Of a DNA stretch of 64,000 nucleotides, positions 53,145 to 63,937 are shown piece after piece. Each line of letters opens with the position of its first letter. Within the stretch, counting starts at the first letter, position 1. The notes beneath the pieces were generated by a model. It saw only the letters and a program-made list of their open reading frames with translations, was not told the DNA's origin and ran no database searches. This DNA comes from Candidatus Latescibacterota bacterium (GTDB taxonomy: Bacteria; Latescibacterota; UBA2968), in assembly GCA_965208125.1 (NCBI GenBank), contig OZ242320.1:5472001-5536000 (forward strand). The letters are read 5' to 3'. The translations under genes were made by a program, and so were the position numbers.

Positions 53145-54536
53145 CTACACCCGCCAGGAAATTTTCTCCCAATCCTCATCATCGCATTGTTGCACGTACT
53201 CGCGCACAATCCGCATCGCATCTTCTGGACTGCCCAAACGATCCATATCCACCCAATTTATCGCATCGCGTTTTGCGACCATCCAGCTTTTCAAAATTTC
53301 AAAAAGGGTACCTGTTTCAAGGTCTGATTCCAATTCCGCAAAAAAGTAGAACTCGTGCAGCGTACGCTCTATCGCATCCCAATCACACAGATCTTTGCGC
53401 GCACGCACCTGGGCAAAAGACGTACTATCCACAACACAAAACAACTCAACGCATTCCTGCTCAGCCGATGGCAGAATCAGCACTATATTTTTTAAATTAC
53501 CCAATTCCGCATCGCGCTTGTGTACATCGAGCTGCGTATTAAACTCTGGCTGGCACAGCGCGATCAATTTCGCCTCGAGCAAAAGCGCTTCAAGCTCAGA
53601 CCCCACCGTCTCCACCTCCATAGACCATATCCGATCCAAAATCTGCTGCGTCTTTTCTGGTCGCTCCAATCGTCTGGCAAAATAACTGCCCACGCGCCTT
53701 CGCAAATTCACCGCCTTGCCCACATAAATCACGCCACCCTCGCGATCCCGCATAATATAAACCCCCGGCAACTCGGGTAACGCGCTCAAAAATGCCGCGT
53801 CAAAAGCATACGCATCAAAATGTATCGGAACGGGATCCGGGTACAACACGGCGGTCACTGCCTCAATAGTATTAAGCCCCTCCTCTTCACACCGTTCCAA
53901 AAGATCCAACAAAATATCGGCCTGCAAACTCGCCTCTCCTTCAGCCCCGCGATCCGACACAAAGGACAGTCCCATAGCAGAAGCCAGATCCTCGACAGAA
54001 TGCAAACGGACATCGGGATAGAAATGCCGCCCCAAACGAAACAGGCAAATCCCGGAATCCACGACATCTTTGCCCATCATCAGACGACTCAGCCTGTTCA
54101 AATCTCTCTTCATTCTGGACCACTGAAACCCTGCAGGAATCGCATCTCTCACTCCTTCGGCATAAGAATCCAAAATTCCCTCCCGATCACCCATGCGAAC
54201 CTGAACTGTGGGAAATAGCGTCTCGTGCCCGCCCATCTGCACCTTGCGCCCTGCGAGTGCATAAACCTCTGCATCCGCAGACGGGACCAGCCCAAAACAA
54301 AAAAAAGAAACCTCCCGCAGGGTCTTACCCTGTCCTGGAGGTCTTAAATACCACAACCCACTGCGATCACATACAAACCGGGAATCATCATCAACAGCCG
54401 CGCGCACCACTTTATCGGCTATGGAGCCGCGTGCGCCGTGTAACCCCATTGCCTCAGAAGCCAGCACCTCTGCGTGTACACCTGTATCGCACTGTTCCAA
54501 AAAAGCGTAGATGCGATCCTTAACAGTCTGGTTCAC
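53145..54536 (-). CDS. GIY-YIG (UvrC/Cho-like) nuclease with degenerate N-terminal DEDDh exonuclease-like domain
   Basis: LPELPGVYIMRD..VIYVGKAVNLRRRVGSYF; SELEALLLEAKLI..PEFN. Confidence 0.8.
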   Translation of the reverse strand: MNQTVKDRIYAFLEQCDTGVHAEVLASEAMGLHGARGSIADKVVRAAVDDDSRFVCDRSGLWYLRPPGQGKTLREVSFFCFGLVPSADAEVYALAGRKVQMGGHETLFPTVQVRMGDREGILDSYAEGVRDAIPAGFQWSRMKRDLNRLSRLMMGKDVVDSGICLFRLGRHFYPDVRLHSVEDLASAMGLSFVSDRGAEGEASLQADILLDLLERCEEEGLNTIEAVTAVLYPDPVPIHFDAYAFDAAFLSALPELPGVYIMRDREGGVIYVGKAVNLRRRVGSYFARRLERPEKTQQILDRIWSMEVETVGSELEALLLEAKLIALCQPEFNTQLDVHKRDAELGNLKNIVLILPSAEQECVELFCVVDSTSFAQVRARKDLCDWDAIERTLHEFYFFAELESDLETGTLFEILKSWMVAKRDAINWVDMDRLGSPEDAMRIVREYVQQCDDEDWEKISWRV

Positions 54537-54544
54537 AGTTTATC

Positions 54545-55372
54545 CTATCGGAATTTGCGCGCAATCGCACACAGCCATTCGCCATCGTCGAGCATCTCAT
54601 CAAGCACCAGATTGGCTCTGTCCAGCACCGCACAAAATGCCTCGCGCTCGCGATCCAAAATCCCTCCTAAAATCGCGCATCCTTCGGGATGCAGCCGCTT
54701 TGCCAGTTCTGGAATGAGCGAAAATAAAATACTGCTGATGATATTTGCAACCACCACATCAAAAATCCCCAATACCCTATCGACAGAATACTGCCCTAAA
54801 ACCACCTTTGTATCCACACCATTCAAAATACAGTTGGCTCGGGCATTCTCAATCGCAGCCGCCTCAATATCCACAGCCATTACTTCAGACGCCCCCAGCT
54901 TCACCGCTGCAATACTCAAAATTCCCGATCCCGTACCAACATCCAGCACCCGATCCCCTGATGTTATCTTCTTCTCTAAACCCAAAAGAGCCAGACGCGT
55001 TGTCTCGTGATGCCCGGTGCCAAACGCCATTTGAGGATCAATCGCGATTGTAAAACCGCCCGGAGGATCAGGCACCCTGTCCCACGGTGGACAAATTGCC
55101 ATGCGAGGGGAGGGATAAACCGGTCGAAAAAAAGAACGCCACGACAGTGTCCAATCCGTATCGGACACGGGCTCAAAGCGGCATTTATAGGGCATGAGAG
55201 CCTGTTCTATCTCCGCTTCATTTTGCACCGCCTCAAAATACGCCGTTAAACAAACCCCATCGCTTATATCCTCTTCCACAACACCACAGCAACCCAGCTC
55301 AAACAATTGGGCAGACGCGATTTCAACCCTTGTCTGCGGCAGCACCACAGATACTTGAAAATAAGTATTCAC
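54545..55372 (-). CDS. prmA: Ribosomal protein L11 methyltransferase
   Basis: DW...W..FF.P; IDPQMAFGTGHHETT; VLDVGTGSGILSI; VVANI. GTG start at 55372. Confidence 0.93.
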   Translation of the reverse strand: MNTYFQVSVVLPQTRVEIASAQLFELGCCGVVEEDISDGVCLTAYFEAVQNEAEIEQALMPYKCRFEPVSDTDWTLSWRSFFRPVYPSPRMAICPPWDRVPDPPGGFTIAIDPQMAFGTGHHETTRLALLGLEKKITSGDRVLDVGTGSGILSIAAVKLGASEVMAVDIEAAAIENARANCILNGVDTKVVLGQYSVDRVLGIFDVVVANIISSILFSLIPELAKRLHPEGCAILGGILDREREAFCAVLDRANLVLDEMLDDGEWLCAIARKFR

Positions 55373-55376
55373 TTTC

Positions 55377-57329
55377 TCACCACGAATGCGTACGATGGCC
55401 CTGGCCTGGAAACCATATCTGATCGACAAAAAACGACAGCAGCACGCCCAGGGCATGGCCTACGAGCAGGCCCAAAAAAAAGGGACGCAAACGCCGATAG
55501 AGATCCACACCGCCTATGCGTAAAATGATCGATTTGATGCCCCATGCCATAAAAACGGAAAAAACTGAATGCACGGCATGCGTCAGCGGCACAACCATGC
55601 CAATGGGCGCGAGGGGCCACCATGCAAAGCGATAGCGCATCAGACTCACCACGGCAAAAATGCCAATGCCCAACAGCAAAAACAGGGGGCGCTCGCTCTC
55701 CCATTTTTCTTCGCCCTTCAGTGCTTTGACCAGCCCATCATAGGTTCTCGGCGGATAGCGCGTAAATGGAAAATCGTTGAAATTATAAGCCCCGTGCAAA
55801 TAGCCCAGATAAAGCGAATAGGCAATTGCAGCGCCAATACCGATCACAAGCGTCAGTCCAATGCCCACAACCAGCAACTTCTTATTTCTTCCCGCCATAT
55901 CTGCAATGCGCGCCGCATGCACGAGCGGAGGCATAAACATCGCCTTGCTCTGTGAGCGCACCGAATCAACCAGACGCAATGCCGTCAGCGTTGAAGCATC
56001 AAATGATTTGGGTCCAAAAATAAAAGGCAAAAGACCATTGGGCGTCATCGGCATGCTAAAATAAATAACGCCCGTCTCGGCAATCACCCTTGCCGTGCCC
56101 AGATAAGTAATAAAAATACCCAGCGTAAGAGCAATCGCAACAGCCCAGCTAATACCTACAGCCTGGAACCAGAAAATCAGAAAAATCAGACTAAATATCA
56201 GGCCAAACGCACACGCGCGATATGAAAGCATCTCATCTGAATCATCGATCTGCCACCCTCCGCGAAACGCTTTGGCAAACACATCGCGAATGTGGAACCG
56301 CGCCATCCACAATCCAAATAAAACCATCGCCACAAATGCACCCCCAGCTTGTAGCGAGGTCGTCGCATCTGCAGCACTGCCTTTATTGCTCAGATTAATC
56401 CCCACGCGCCTGTAAAACATAACTTGCACGCAGTAAAACAAATAAAATACCCAGATGGAAAACAACACATCCAGGTTGGCAAAATAGGCAAAACCCACAG
56501 TATAAAAATTAAACCGCACATGGATGCGCGGGAAATACACACCCATGGGCATCCACCCCGGTCCCAGGCTTATAACCGGAAATCCGGGTGAAAAATAACT
56601 GATAATATTCCAGGACAGGATGAGAAATGGAATTGCAGCACCAAACAGGAAGAACTTATTCTTTAAAAGAGGTACTCTGTGCTCTGCTTCGGCCAGATCA
56701 CCCGCCGGGTGCAAAATGGGATACGCCAACCGCTCGTGCTCTGCCCATTGCTTGCGCAACATCACCGCCAGACAAATACATCCTACCACAATGGCGGCAA
56801 TAAACGTCATCCAGCCAAACAAAGGCACAAACCACACGCCCCAGGGAATGGGCATGTCCGGACTGGGCAGGCCCTCAAACAACCACTGCATAGCCCCGCC
56901 TTCATTGGAGGGAATCAACCAGTTGGGCAAATACTGGTGAAAATAACTTTCCCACTGATTCTCTGGCGTGGCGAGATAATAGGGAATGGAAATCATGCCC
57001 AAAAAATAACTCGTCAGCCCAAAGGCGGGAACAGCAGCTCCCACCAATCCCATCGCCAGAATCGCCCATACTTCGGTACTCGTCAATGCCCAGGGGGCCT
57101 GCCATCGACGCGCGATTGCATTGCCCAGAGTCAACACCACATAAGGCGCGAACAATGCTATAGGAAAATGTGTGATATTCATACGCGCGGTGTGGGCGAT
57201 ATATTCGACATAAGTATTCCACCCAATCACCAGCAACGCGAGTGCCAGACCCAAAATGATTGACCGCGCAGTCACACCTTCCCGCACAGCGAGTGCATCG
57301 CGATCAACTATTCCCTCCCCAAGTGCCAT
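55377..57329 (-). CDS. DUF6785/DUF6784-like polytopic membrane protein (putative OPT-like transporter)
   Basis: IPWGVW..P; RKQWAEHERLAYP; RVIAETG; WWPLAPIG; GG..LYRRLRPFFLGL. Confidence 0.75.
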   Translation of the reverse strand: MALGEGIVDRDALAVREGVTARSIILGLALALLVIGWNTYVEYIAHTARMNITHFPIALFAPYVVLTLGNAIARRWQAPWALTSTEVWAILAMGLVGAAVPAFGLTSYFLGMISIPYYLATPENQWESYFHQYLPNWLIPSNEGGAMQWLFEGLPSPDMPIPWGVWFVPLFGWMTFIAAIVVGCICLAVMLRKQWAEHERLAYPILHPAGDLAEAEHRVPLLKNKFFLFGAAIPFLILSWNIISYFSPGFPVISLGPGWMPMGVYFPRIHVRFNFYTVGFAYFANLDVLFSIWVFYLFYCVQVMFYRRVGINLSNKGSAADATTSLQAGGAFVAMVLFGLWMARFHIRDVFAKAFRGGWQIDDSDEMLSYRACAFGLIFSLIFLIFWFQAVGISWAVAIALTLGIFITYLGTARVIAETGVIYFSMPMTPNGLLPFIFGPKSFDASTLTALRLVDSVRSQSKAMFMPPLVHAARIADMAGRNKKLLVVGIGLTLVIGIGAAIAYSLYLGYLHGAYNFNDFPFTRYPPRTYDGLVKALKGEEKWESERPLFLLLGIGIFAVVSLMRYRFAWWPLAPIGMVVPLTHAVHSVFSVFMAWGIKSIILRIGGVDLYRRLRPFFLGLLVGHALGVLLSFFVDQIWFPGQGHRTHSW

Positions 57330-57444
57330 CTTGTAATATTTCCTCCCACTTTATATAATCGGGAACATCTGTCTCAAACGTGATGCCCCAATATATATAA
57401 ATACACAGCGGGGAACAATGAGCAATGGTCGAGAAGCGATAAAC

Positions 57445-57476
57445 AAAAAACTCCCGACCTCTTTCAAGGCCGGGAG
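57445..57476 (-). terminator. Intrinsic terminator
   Basis: CTCCCG...CGGGAG stem with a T-run on the minus strand. Confidence 0.6.
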
Positions 57477-57502
57477 CAGTCTATTTTCAGCAGTATCCGA
57501 CT

Positions 57503-58141
57503 TTATCTAAAGAACACCGACACGCCACCCCTTACAAAATGACGTTTGATGCGGTCTTCCCCAGCAAATAAGACCGAATACCCATACATCGCGTTCAGAG
57601 CCGTGTGTTTTGACAACACCTGGCGCGTACCTGCGCCACCGCCCAATTCACTGACATTGCCCCATCCCCAAAAATCGCGTGCAGCAAAAGCTTCTAAAAA
57701 CGGAAAGGTGCGCTTTTTAATCTGGAAGGGAACATTCAACCGATAAAAACCCGACACCGAAGATCCAAACCCGTCATCCACCGTCAAATAACGCCCACGG
57801 GCATCTATTGTTGCATTGTCCAGCGCGGGTATTAGATCATCCCGATTGGGAGAATCGAGACCTGCGCGCCGGTCGTATTGTCTATTGCCCGCGATAAAAG
57901 AACCGCCAATTTGATGCCATCGGCTAATCGAATAAGCCACTTGAACTCCAGCGCGATAGAACAAGCTGTTACCTGAAAACCGCACAGACATAATCGGCGT
58001 CACTTCCAACTGTCCCGCGCGAATAGGACCTATATTGACCTCACCTTCACCCTTCTTTTCTTTTTCACCGACCACATCGGCCTGGGCAGATGCGCCCAAA
58101 GCCAACAGCCCGGCGACCGTACACATCAGCCAGTATTTCAT
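57503..58141 (-). CDS. Hypothetical exported protein, probable small outer-membrane beta-barrel
   Basis: Signal peptide AQA, amphipathic strands and a C-terminal GVSVFFR. AGGAG RBS before ATG at 58141. Confidence 0.6.
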   Translation of the reverse strand: MKYWLMCTVAGLLALGASAQADVVGEKEKKGEGEVNIGPIRAGQLEVTPIMSVRFSGNSLFYRAGVQVAYSISRWHQIGGSFIAGNRQYDRRAGLDSPNRDDLIPALDNATIDARGRYLTVDDGFGSSVSGFYRLNVPFQIKKRTFPFLEAFAARDFWGWGNVSELGGGAGTRQVLSKHTALNAMYGYSVLFAGEDRIKRHFVRGGVSVFFR

Positions 58142-58323
58142 AGCATCTCCTCCTGAAAGGTTCTCCCCCGGCACTTAGTCTAAAATATCCAAAAGAATCA
58201 CTGCTGTCAATGGCTCTTACTGCATGAACTTTTTGAAAATACGCATGTATTGACTTGACGTACCTTCGTATTCCACATTAATTGTTGCGCTGGCACGCGT
58301 GCCGCATTTTCGAAAGGAATCTC

Positions 58324-59304
58324 ATGGCAAAAAAGGCATTAATCACCGGCATTACGGGACAAGACGGTTCTTATCTGGCAGAACTCCTGCTCGATAAGGG
58401 CTACGAAGTACACGGCATTGTCAGGCGCGTGGCCCTCGAAGACCCCGAACACCGGCTCGGACGCATCACCCACTTGCAACACAAAGTGGAACTCCATCCC
58501 GCATCGCTCGAAAGCTTTCCCAGCATCTACAATGTCGTGCGCATTGTCCGACCCGACGAGTGTTACCACCTCGCAGCGCAAAGCTTTGTCGATACCTCCT
58601 TCAAAGACGCATTCTCAACGCTCAATACCAACATCAATGGCACACACTATGTCCTCGAAGCCCTCAATGAACTCGTACCCAAATGTCGATTCTATTTTGC
58701 CGGATCAAGCGAAATGTTTGGCAAAGCCGAAGAAGTGCCCCAAACGGAAATCACGCGCTTTCATCCGCGCTCGCCCTACGGCATCTCCAAAGTCGCGGGA
58801 TTTGACCTGACCCGAAACTATCGAGAAGCCTATGGCCTGTACGCCGCCAGCGGCATCTTGTTCAACCACGAATCCCCTCGTCGGGGATTTGAATTTGTCA
58901 CCCGCAAAATCACCTCCCATGTCGCACGCATCAAACTCGGGCAAATCGGTCACCTCTCCCTTGGCAACCTCGATGCCAAACGCGACTGGGGGCACGCCCG
59001 CGAATACGTCAAAGCCATGTGGATAATGCTCCAACAAAACGCGCCCGACGACTATGTCATCGCAACTGGTAAAACCCATTCGGTACGCGAATTTTGCGAA
59101 ATCGCCTTCTCACACGTCGGCCTCGACTATCGAGAACACGTTCAGATCGATCCGCGATTCTTGCGCCCGGCCGAAGTCGATCTGCTCATCGGCGATTGCA
59201 CCAAAGCCAAAGACAAACTCAACTGGACTTACGACATCTGCTTTGAAGACCTCGTAAAAGAAATGGTTGACGCAGATCTCAGATTGTTCTCAAAAAATTC
59301 ATAA
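58324..59304 (+). CDS. gmd: GDP-mannose 4,6-dehydratase
   Basis: ALITGITGQDGSYLAELLL; PRSPYGISK; GILFNHESPRRG; FVTRKIT; LGNLDAKRDWG; RPAEVD. Confidence 0.97.
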   Translation: MAKKALITGITGQDGSYLAELLLDKGYEVHGIVRRVALEDPEHRLGRITHLQHKVELHPASLESFPSIYNVVRIVRPDECYHLAAQSFVDTSFKDAFSTLNTNINGTHYVLEALNELVPKCRFYFAGSSEMFGKAEEVPQTEITRFHPRSPYGISKVAGFDLTRNYREAYGLYAASGILFNHESPRRGFEFVTRKITSHVARIKLGQIGHLSLGNLDAKRDWGHAREYVKAMWIMLQQNAPDDYVIATGKTHSVREFCEIAFSHVGLDYREHVQIDPRFLRPAEVDLLIGDCTKAKDKLNWTYDICFEDLVKEMVDADLRLFSKNS

Positions 59305-59319
59305 CCCAAGGAGCTTGTT

Positions 59320-60375
59320 ATGTCTCGCATCGGACGCGCCGCAGTCATGAGCGGCGAAAAATTTGAAATACGCGAATATCCCGTTCCCGATCCAGAACCG
59401 GGATCGATTTTGCTCAAACAAGAACTCGCCGGCATCTGCGGCACAGACCTGCACAACTGGGAATATCAGCGATTGCAGGGCGAGATCATTCTCGGCCACG
59501 AAAATGTCGGCATCATCGACAGCCTGGGATCGGGCGTAGAAACCGATTATCTGGGCAATCCCATCGCGCCCGGAGATCGGGTCCTCTTCGCACCCGGCAC
59601 AAATAAGGGCGCATACGGTTTTCTACAAGCCGAAGAAGCCCCCTATTTGCGTGGCGGCTTTGGCGAATACATCTACCTGTGGAACCCCGATTCAGTCGTG
59701 CTCAAAACCGATATGCCCGCCGAAGTTGCGGTCATCACCGAGCCTTTTACCATTGGCGTACACGGCGCAATGCGTTCCGGCTTGCAATTTGGCGACACCG
59801 TCGTCGTACAGGGATCGGGAGCCATTGGCCTGCTCACACTCGTCGCCGCCAAAGTCAGTGGCGCGGGACGGCTCATCATGGTCGGCGGTCCCAAAGGGCG
59901 TCTGGAACTGGCGGAGCGACTCGGCGCAGACCTCACCATCGACATCGCCGACATACCCGACCCCGAAGAACGCACGAAAATTGTGCGCGAAAATACGCCC
60001 CGCGGCGAAGGCGCCGATGTCGTCTTTGAATGCGCGGGATTTTTGCCCGCCATTCCCGAAGGCGTCACATTCCTGCGGCACAGCGGCACCTATGTCGCCA
60101 TGGGCCATTTTGTCGATGTAGGGTCTTTTGACTGCAACCCCAACCAGATGTTTATGCGCCGCAACATGCGTCTCGAAGCCGTGTGGGCAAGCCAGCCCGA
60201 ACACTTTGTGCGCGCACTCCCCATCCTCGAGCGAAACGAATACGCCTTTGCCGACCTCGTCAGCCACACCATACCCATTGACCGCGTAGCCGAAGGATTC
60301 AACGCCCTGCACAGCGGATACCATCTCGACGGCAAAGACACAATAAAAATTGCAATAAAAGGCGGGTTGGTATAA
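59320..60375 (+). CDS. Zinc-binding dehydrogenase (MDR)
   Basis: GICGTD; ILGHE; GSGAIG; DVVFECAG. Confidence 0.9.
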   Translation: MSRIGRAAVMSGEKFEIREYPVPDPEPGSILLKQELAGICGTDLHNWEYQRLQGEIILGHENVGIIDSLGSGVETDYLGNPIAPGDRVLFAPGTNKGAYGFLQAEEAPYLRGGFGEYIYLWNPDSVVLKTDMPAEVAVITEPFTIGVHGAMRSGLQFGDTVVVQGSGAIGLLTLVAAKVSGAGRLIMVGGPKGRLELAERLGADLTIDIADIPDPEERTKIVRENTPRGEGADVVFECAGFLPAIPEGVTFLRHSGTYVAMGHFVDVGSFDCNPNQMFMRRNMRLEAVWASQPEHFVRALPILERNEYAFADLVSHTIPIDRVAEGFNALHSGYHLDGKDTIKIAIKGGLV

Positions 60376-60394
60376 GTTAAACAACACAAAAAAC

Positions 60395-60431
60395 AAAAAC
60401 GGCGATGGAAATAAATCCACCGCCGTTTTTT
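60395..60431. terminator. Bidirectional intrinsic terminator
   Basis: AAAAACGGCG.TGGA...TCCA.CGCCGTTTTT between convergent genes. Confidence 0.75.
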
Positions 60432-60445
60432 GGTTTAAGGGTTAA

Positions 60446-61570
60446 TCAGAAACTAATCGTGGCACTCACCATCTGCACGGGATCGGTGAAAGCAGTATTG
60501 AAATGCTTGAACGCATAATCGATGCGAACGCCTTTCCCCGCCTCGGTTTTGTAATCAATACCGGCACCGAGCGAATAATCTTCCAGATCGTGATTGTTCT
60601 TATAGCCACCGCGCAGGGAAAACCCCATCGCAGAGGTCGCCTGCTTAAACCGATATTCTACACCGATAAGCGTGCGCTCGTCGAAATCTATCGGACTATG
60701 GATCTCGGTGGCGAGATTCAGATGATGCGGCACAGGGGTTCGTCCAAACAGCGAAACCAGATCGAAGACAAAACCCAGGCGGAACGACCGGGGCAACTCG
60801 AAATGCTCGCGCTGAAACTGAGACTCCCCTCCCGGACTGAAATTCCGCACACTCATAGCAATCACCAGATTCCGGAATCCCGTATTGAAATAGGTCCCGA
60901 TATCCACGGCAAAAGCATTGAGATCATTCGACTGCGTTTGCCGATTGCCAGCGATAAAGACATCAGTCGATCCCAGCCCCTGATGGGCAAAACGCGCCAT
61001 TGCCCCTACTGAAAACCGATCGGTAATCTGGAAACCCCAGCCCGCGGACAGGGCGTAATTCGTCGTGGTAAATGTACCCGTCTCGGTAAATCCCTGGCTG
61101 GCTGGGTCGGGATTGATCGCAGTGCCGTTGATCTCTCCCGCGCTATGCGTGATAAAGCCCACGCCAAAGGTACCCGGTGCATTTGGAATTTTGAAAACCG
61201 CGCCAGCAACCTGGTGATTCGTTTCAAAAATCCACCTGGCATAGGAAAAAAATGCCTGCCTTTCGTGTACAAACCCCAGCAGACCAGGGTTTAGAAACAG
61301 CGCACCCGGCGCATCGCCGATCAAACCCGCGCCCGCATCCGCCATCGCAGCTCGCCGCGCATCTGTAGAAAATCCGAGAAACACAAAACCGCTCTGCGCG
61401 GACTTCACGCCCGAAGGTCTGACTTCTTCCTGATTTGGATAAATGGGTTCTATATCGCGAATCTTTTGACCATCGTCGAGAACCCGGGGATCTTCAAATT
61501 GTGCGTTGGCCTGCACGCCGGACAGAACGAATGCCAGCAGACAGACCCAGATAATATTACGTAAATTCAC
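60446..61570 (-). CDS. PorV/PorQ family outer-membrane barrel
   Basis: FLGFSTDARRAAMADA..ALFLNPG; AFAVDIG; LPRSFRLG; LRGGY; IDYAF; C-terminal Phe. Confidence 0.82.
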   Translation of the reverse strand: MNLRNIIWVCLLAFVLSGVQANAQFEDPRVLDDGQKIRDIEPIYPNQEEVRPSGVKSAQSGFVFLGFSTDARRAAMADAGAGLIGDAPGALFLNPGLLGFVHERQAFFSYARWIFETNHQVAGAVFKIPNAPGTFGVGFITHSAGEINGTAINPDPASQGFTETGTFTTTNYALSAGWGFQITDRFSVGAMARFAHQGLGSTDVFIAGNRQTQSNDLNAFAVDIGTYFNTGFRNLVIAMSVRNFSPGGESQFQREHFELPRSFRLGFVFDLVSLFGRTPVPHHLNLATEIHSPIDFDERTLIGVEYRFKQATSAMGFSLRGGYKNNHDLEDYSLGAGIDYKTEAGKGVRIDYAFKHFNTAFTDPVQMVSATISF

Positions 61571-61596
61571 AACAGCCTCCTTGTCTGAATGCGAGC

Positions 61597-63813
61597 CTAC
61601 CGAATAACCACGAACTTCTCGATATCGGTTTCGCCCGTGTCGGGATTGGTAATATGCGCGACATACACGCCGCTCACAATGAACTGGTTGTTGTCATTTG
61701 CCATCAGCGGCCACTCCTCGTCGCCCGAACCGGAAATGTGATCAAGCCGCGTGACCAGGTCGCCCTGAAGCGTAAAGATCCGGATAATAGCCCGGGCGGG
61801 CAGATTCACAAAGAGCAACTTGTTGGGCTGCCCCGTGAAGTTAAAACCGCCATCTGACAAATTACCACCCAAAATACTGTAGGGATTGGGCACGACGCGA
61901 ACCTTTGTCAGATCGTCAACAGGAGCCGAAAATGGACTCACGCCATTGCCGAGACCGCGCGTGGCAAAAATACTGCTCTCTTGCCCATCGGCATCCACAG
62001 CCGTCACCGCGTAAAAATACCGCTCGCCGCGCACGACATCTGTGTCGATATAGCTGGTCGCCGTAAGGAGCCCATTGTTGACCGGTATCGGCGGATCGGG
62101 CAAATTGGTCTGATGACCGACCATCTTGTAGAGATTGTAGCCCACGGCATCGGAAACCGCTGACCATTCGATCTCATTTTGCGCGGGACCCGATCTGTAA
62201 GCCACATTGGAAGGCCACGACGGGCCGAGAGGAAGACTCGGCGCAACCCCGATGGGCCACGACACTTCCTTGCCCTGCACAGTGCCGTTGACCGCGCGGC
62301 GATCCCGCCATGCCTGTCGCGCCAGTTCCACGCCCTTCATCAGCGAATCCCGACCGCTATCGAGAAAAGCCTCTTTCTCCTCGAAGGAAATCGAACCATT
62401 GGCCCACTGCGCGCCAACGCGCTTGTTCTCATCTGTATGCGGGCCAGCTATGACCCAGGCTTCTACGATATGAACCCACTCCCCGGGTTTCATATCCCAC
62501 GGTCCCCACGTAATCTGAAATGCCCACATATCGACAGACGTGGGTTTGTGGTCGGGCGCGTCACTCTGGAAAATGCGCTGAGCGCGCGTCGTCCCCGGCT
62601 CTACGATGAAGTCATAGACCTCGGGGCGGGTATTCCCATCTGAAGAGCGCCAGCTGGAGCCTTCAACGCGCTTTATCAAGCGGGGTTGAGAGGATTCAGT
62701 GTTTGGATCTTTGAGAAACCAGTTGTTCGTATCGGACAAATCTTCAAAAGTCGTGGGATTTTGCGAGACGTATAGCCAGACCTTGCCCTTGTATTCGGAC
62801 TCTAAGAACTCGCCAGCCGAGATCCGAGCGGCCTTGGCCAGTTCGAGAGCCTCGTGGCCTTCAGCAGGTGCTGGTTCGCCGCGATCATCGCCATCCGAAC
62901 GATATCCGTCTTTAATCGCCGAATCGGCATCTCTTGCATAGAAAAGCTTTTGCTCGTCGTCGTAAAAATAAAGCTCATCCCATTCGCCGAGCGCACCGAG
63001 ATTTGCCGTGTAGTGGCGCGCACCTATCTCTACTGCGCCCTCATCCCGCACCTCGCCAGCCGGACCCTGTCCACCGCCTCTCTGGATGTACGCGTTTTGC
63101 CCGATATAAAGGTTCTCAAGCACTGGATTTGCCGTGCTCGACTCGGGACTCGGCGCAGACCCGCGCGCACCCACTCTTGAGTCGGGAACATTGGGCGGAT
63201 CGGGACGACCATAACTCCGGATCAGGATAAACATCTCATCCTGCTCTGGACTTTGCCAGGCATAGAGCCTGCGCCGCTCCGTGATACCACCCGCATACCC
63301 CACTTCGAGCGGGATCAACAGATCGGCAGTCAGATCTGGGATCACCTGATCGAGGCGGTCGGGAAAAATCGTCCACAGCGTCTGCGACAAGTTCACGCCA
63401 TCCTGCGTGACAGTTGGCGGCTGATTGCGGTAAATTTTTGGCGTAAGACCATCGCCGAGTTCAAAATGCGTGCGCGTAAAATCCCGCGCGTCTTCCTTAT
63501 AGTCATTTACAAACTTTGTAAATGGCTTGCCCAACAACTCGGGCTGGTCGCCCTGAAATGGCTCAAAATAGGAAGGAACATTAAAATCTCGTACGGCAAA
63601 CTGCCACCACCCATCCATCACCTGCGCATTTACAGTCCTGACGTCGGGATTGGTAAAACCCGTCGCCCGTCCTCCCGGGGAATTCATGACGACAAAATAG
63701 TCGATACTGGGCCAGGACCCCCACATCCTTCCGATCCATTGTGCGCTGGCATCGCTCAATGGCATGAGCAATGCCGCGAACACCAGAAGTGTTGTAAATC
63801 GTCTTTGTATCAC
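61597..63813 (-). CDS. Secreted protein with FN3-like domain and T9SS-type C-terminal sorting domain
   Basis: Signal peptide; GYNLYK..YFYAVTAVD..ES; VRVVPNPY; FVNLP..IRIFTLQGDLV; VSGVY..KFVVIR. Confidence 0.78.
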   Translation of the reverse strand: MIQRRFTTLLVFAALLMPLSDASAQWIGRMWGSWPSIDYFVVMNSPGGRATGFTNPDVRTVNAQVMDGWWQFAVRDFNVPSYFEPFQGDQPELLGKPFTKFVNDYKEDARDFTRTHFELGDGLTPKIYRNQPPTVTQDGVNLSQTLWTIFPDRLDQVIPDLTADLLIPLEVGYAGGITERRRLYAWQSPEQDEMFILIRSYGRPDPPNVPDSRVGARGSAPSPESSTANPVLENLYIGQNAYIQRGGGQGPAGEVRDEGAVEIGARHYTANLGALGEWDELYFYDDEQKLFYARDADSAIKDGYRSDGDDRGEPAPAEGHEALELAKAARISAGEFLESEYKGKVWLYVSQNPTTFEDLSDTNNWFLKDPNTESSQPRLIKRVEGSSWRSSDGNTRPEVYDFIVEPGTTRAQRIFQSDAPDHKPTSVDMWAFQITWGPWDMKPGEWVHIVEAWVIAGPHTDENKRVGAQWANGSISFEEKEAFLDSGRDSLMKGVELARQAWRDRRAVNGTVQGKEVSWPIGVAPSLPLGPSWPSNVAYRSGPAQNEIEWSAVSDAVGYNLYKMVGHQTNLPDPPIPVNNGLLTATSYIDTDVVRGERYFYAVTAVDADGQESSIFATRGLGNGVSPFSAPVDDLTKVRVVPNPYSILGGNLSDGGFNFTGQPNKLLFVNLPARAIIRIFTLQGDLVTRLDHISGSGDEEWPLMANDNNQFIVSGVYVAHITNPDTGETDIEKFVVIR

Positions 63814-63937
63814 ATTTCTCTCCTATACATTAAGACGTAAACATGAAAAAATTAAAGATGCCCTCCCAGCCCCTCCCCGCACAGGCAAAGCCCGAACGGG
63901 GAAGGAGGGGTAGGTCCCAAGAAATTAAAAGAGCTTC

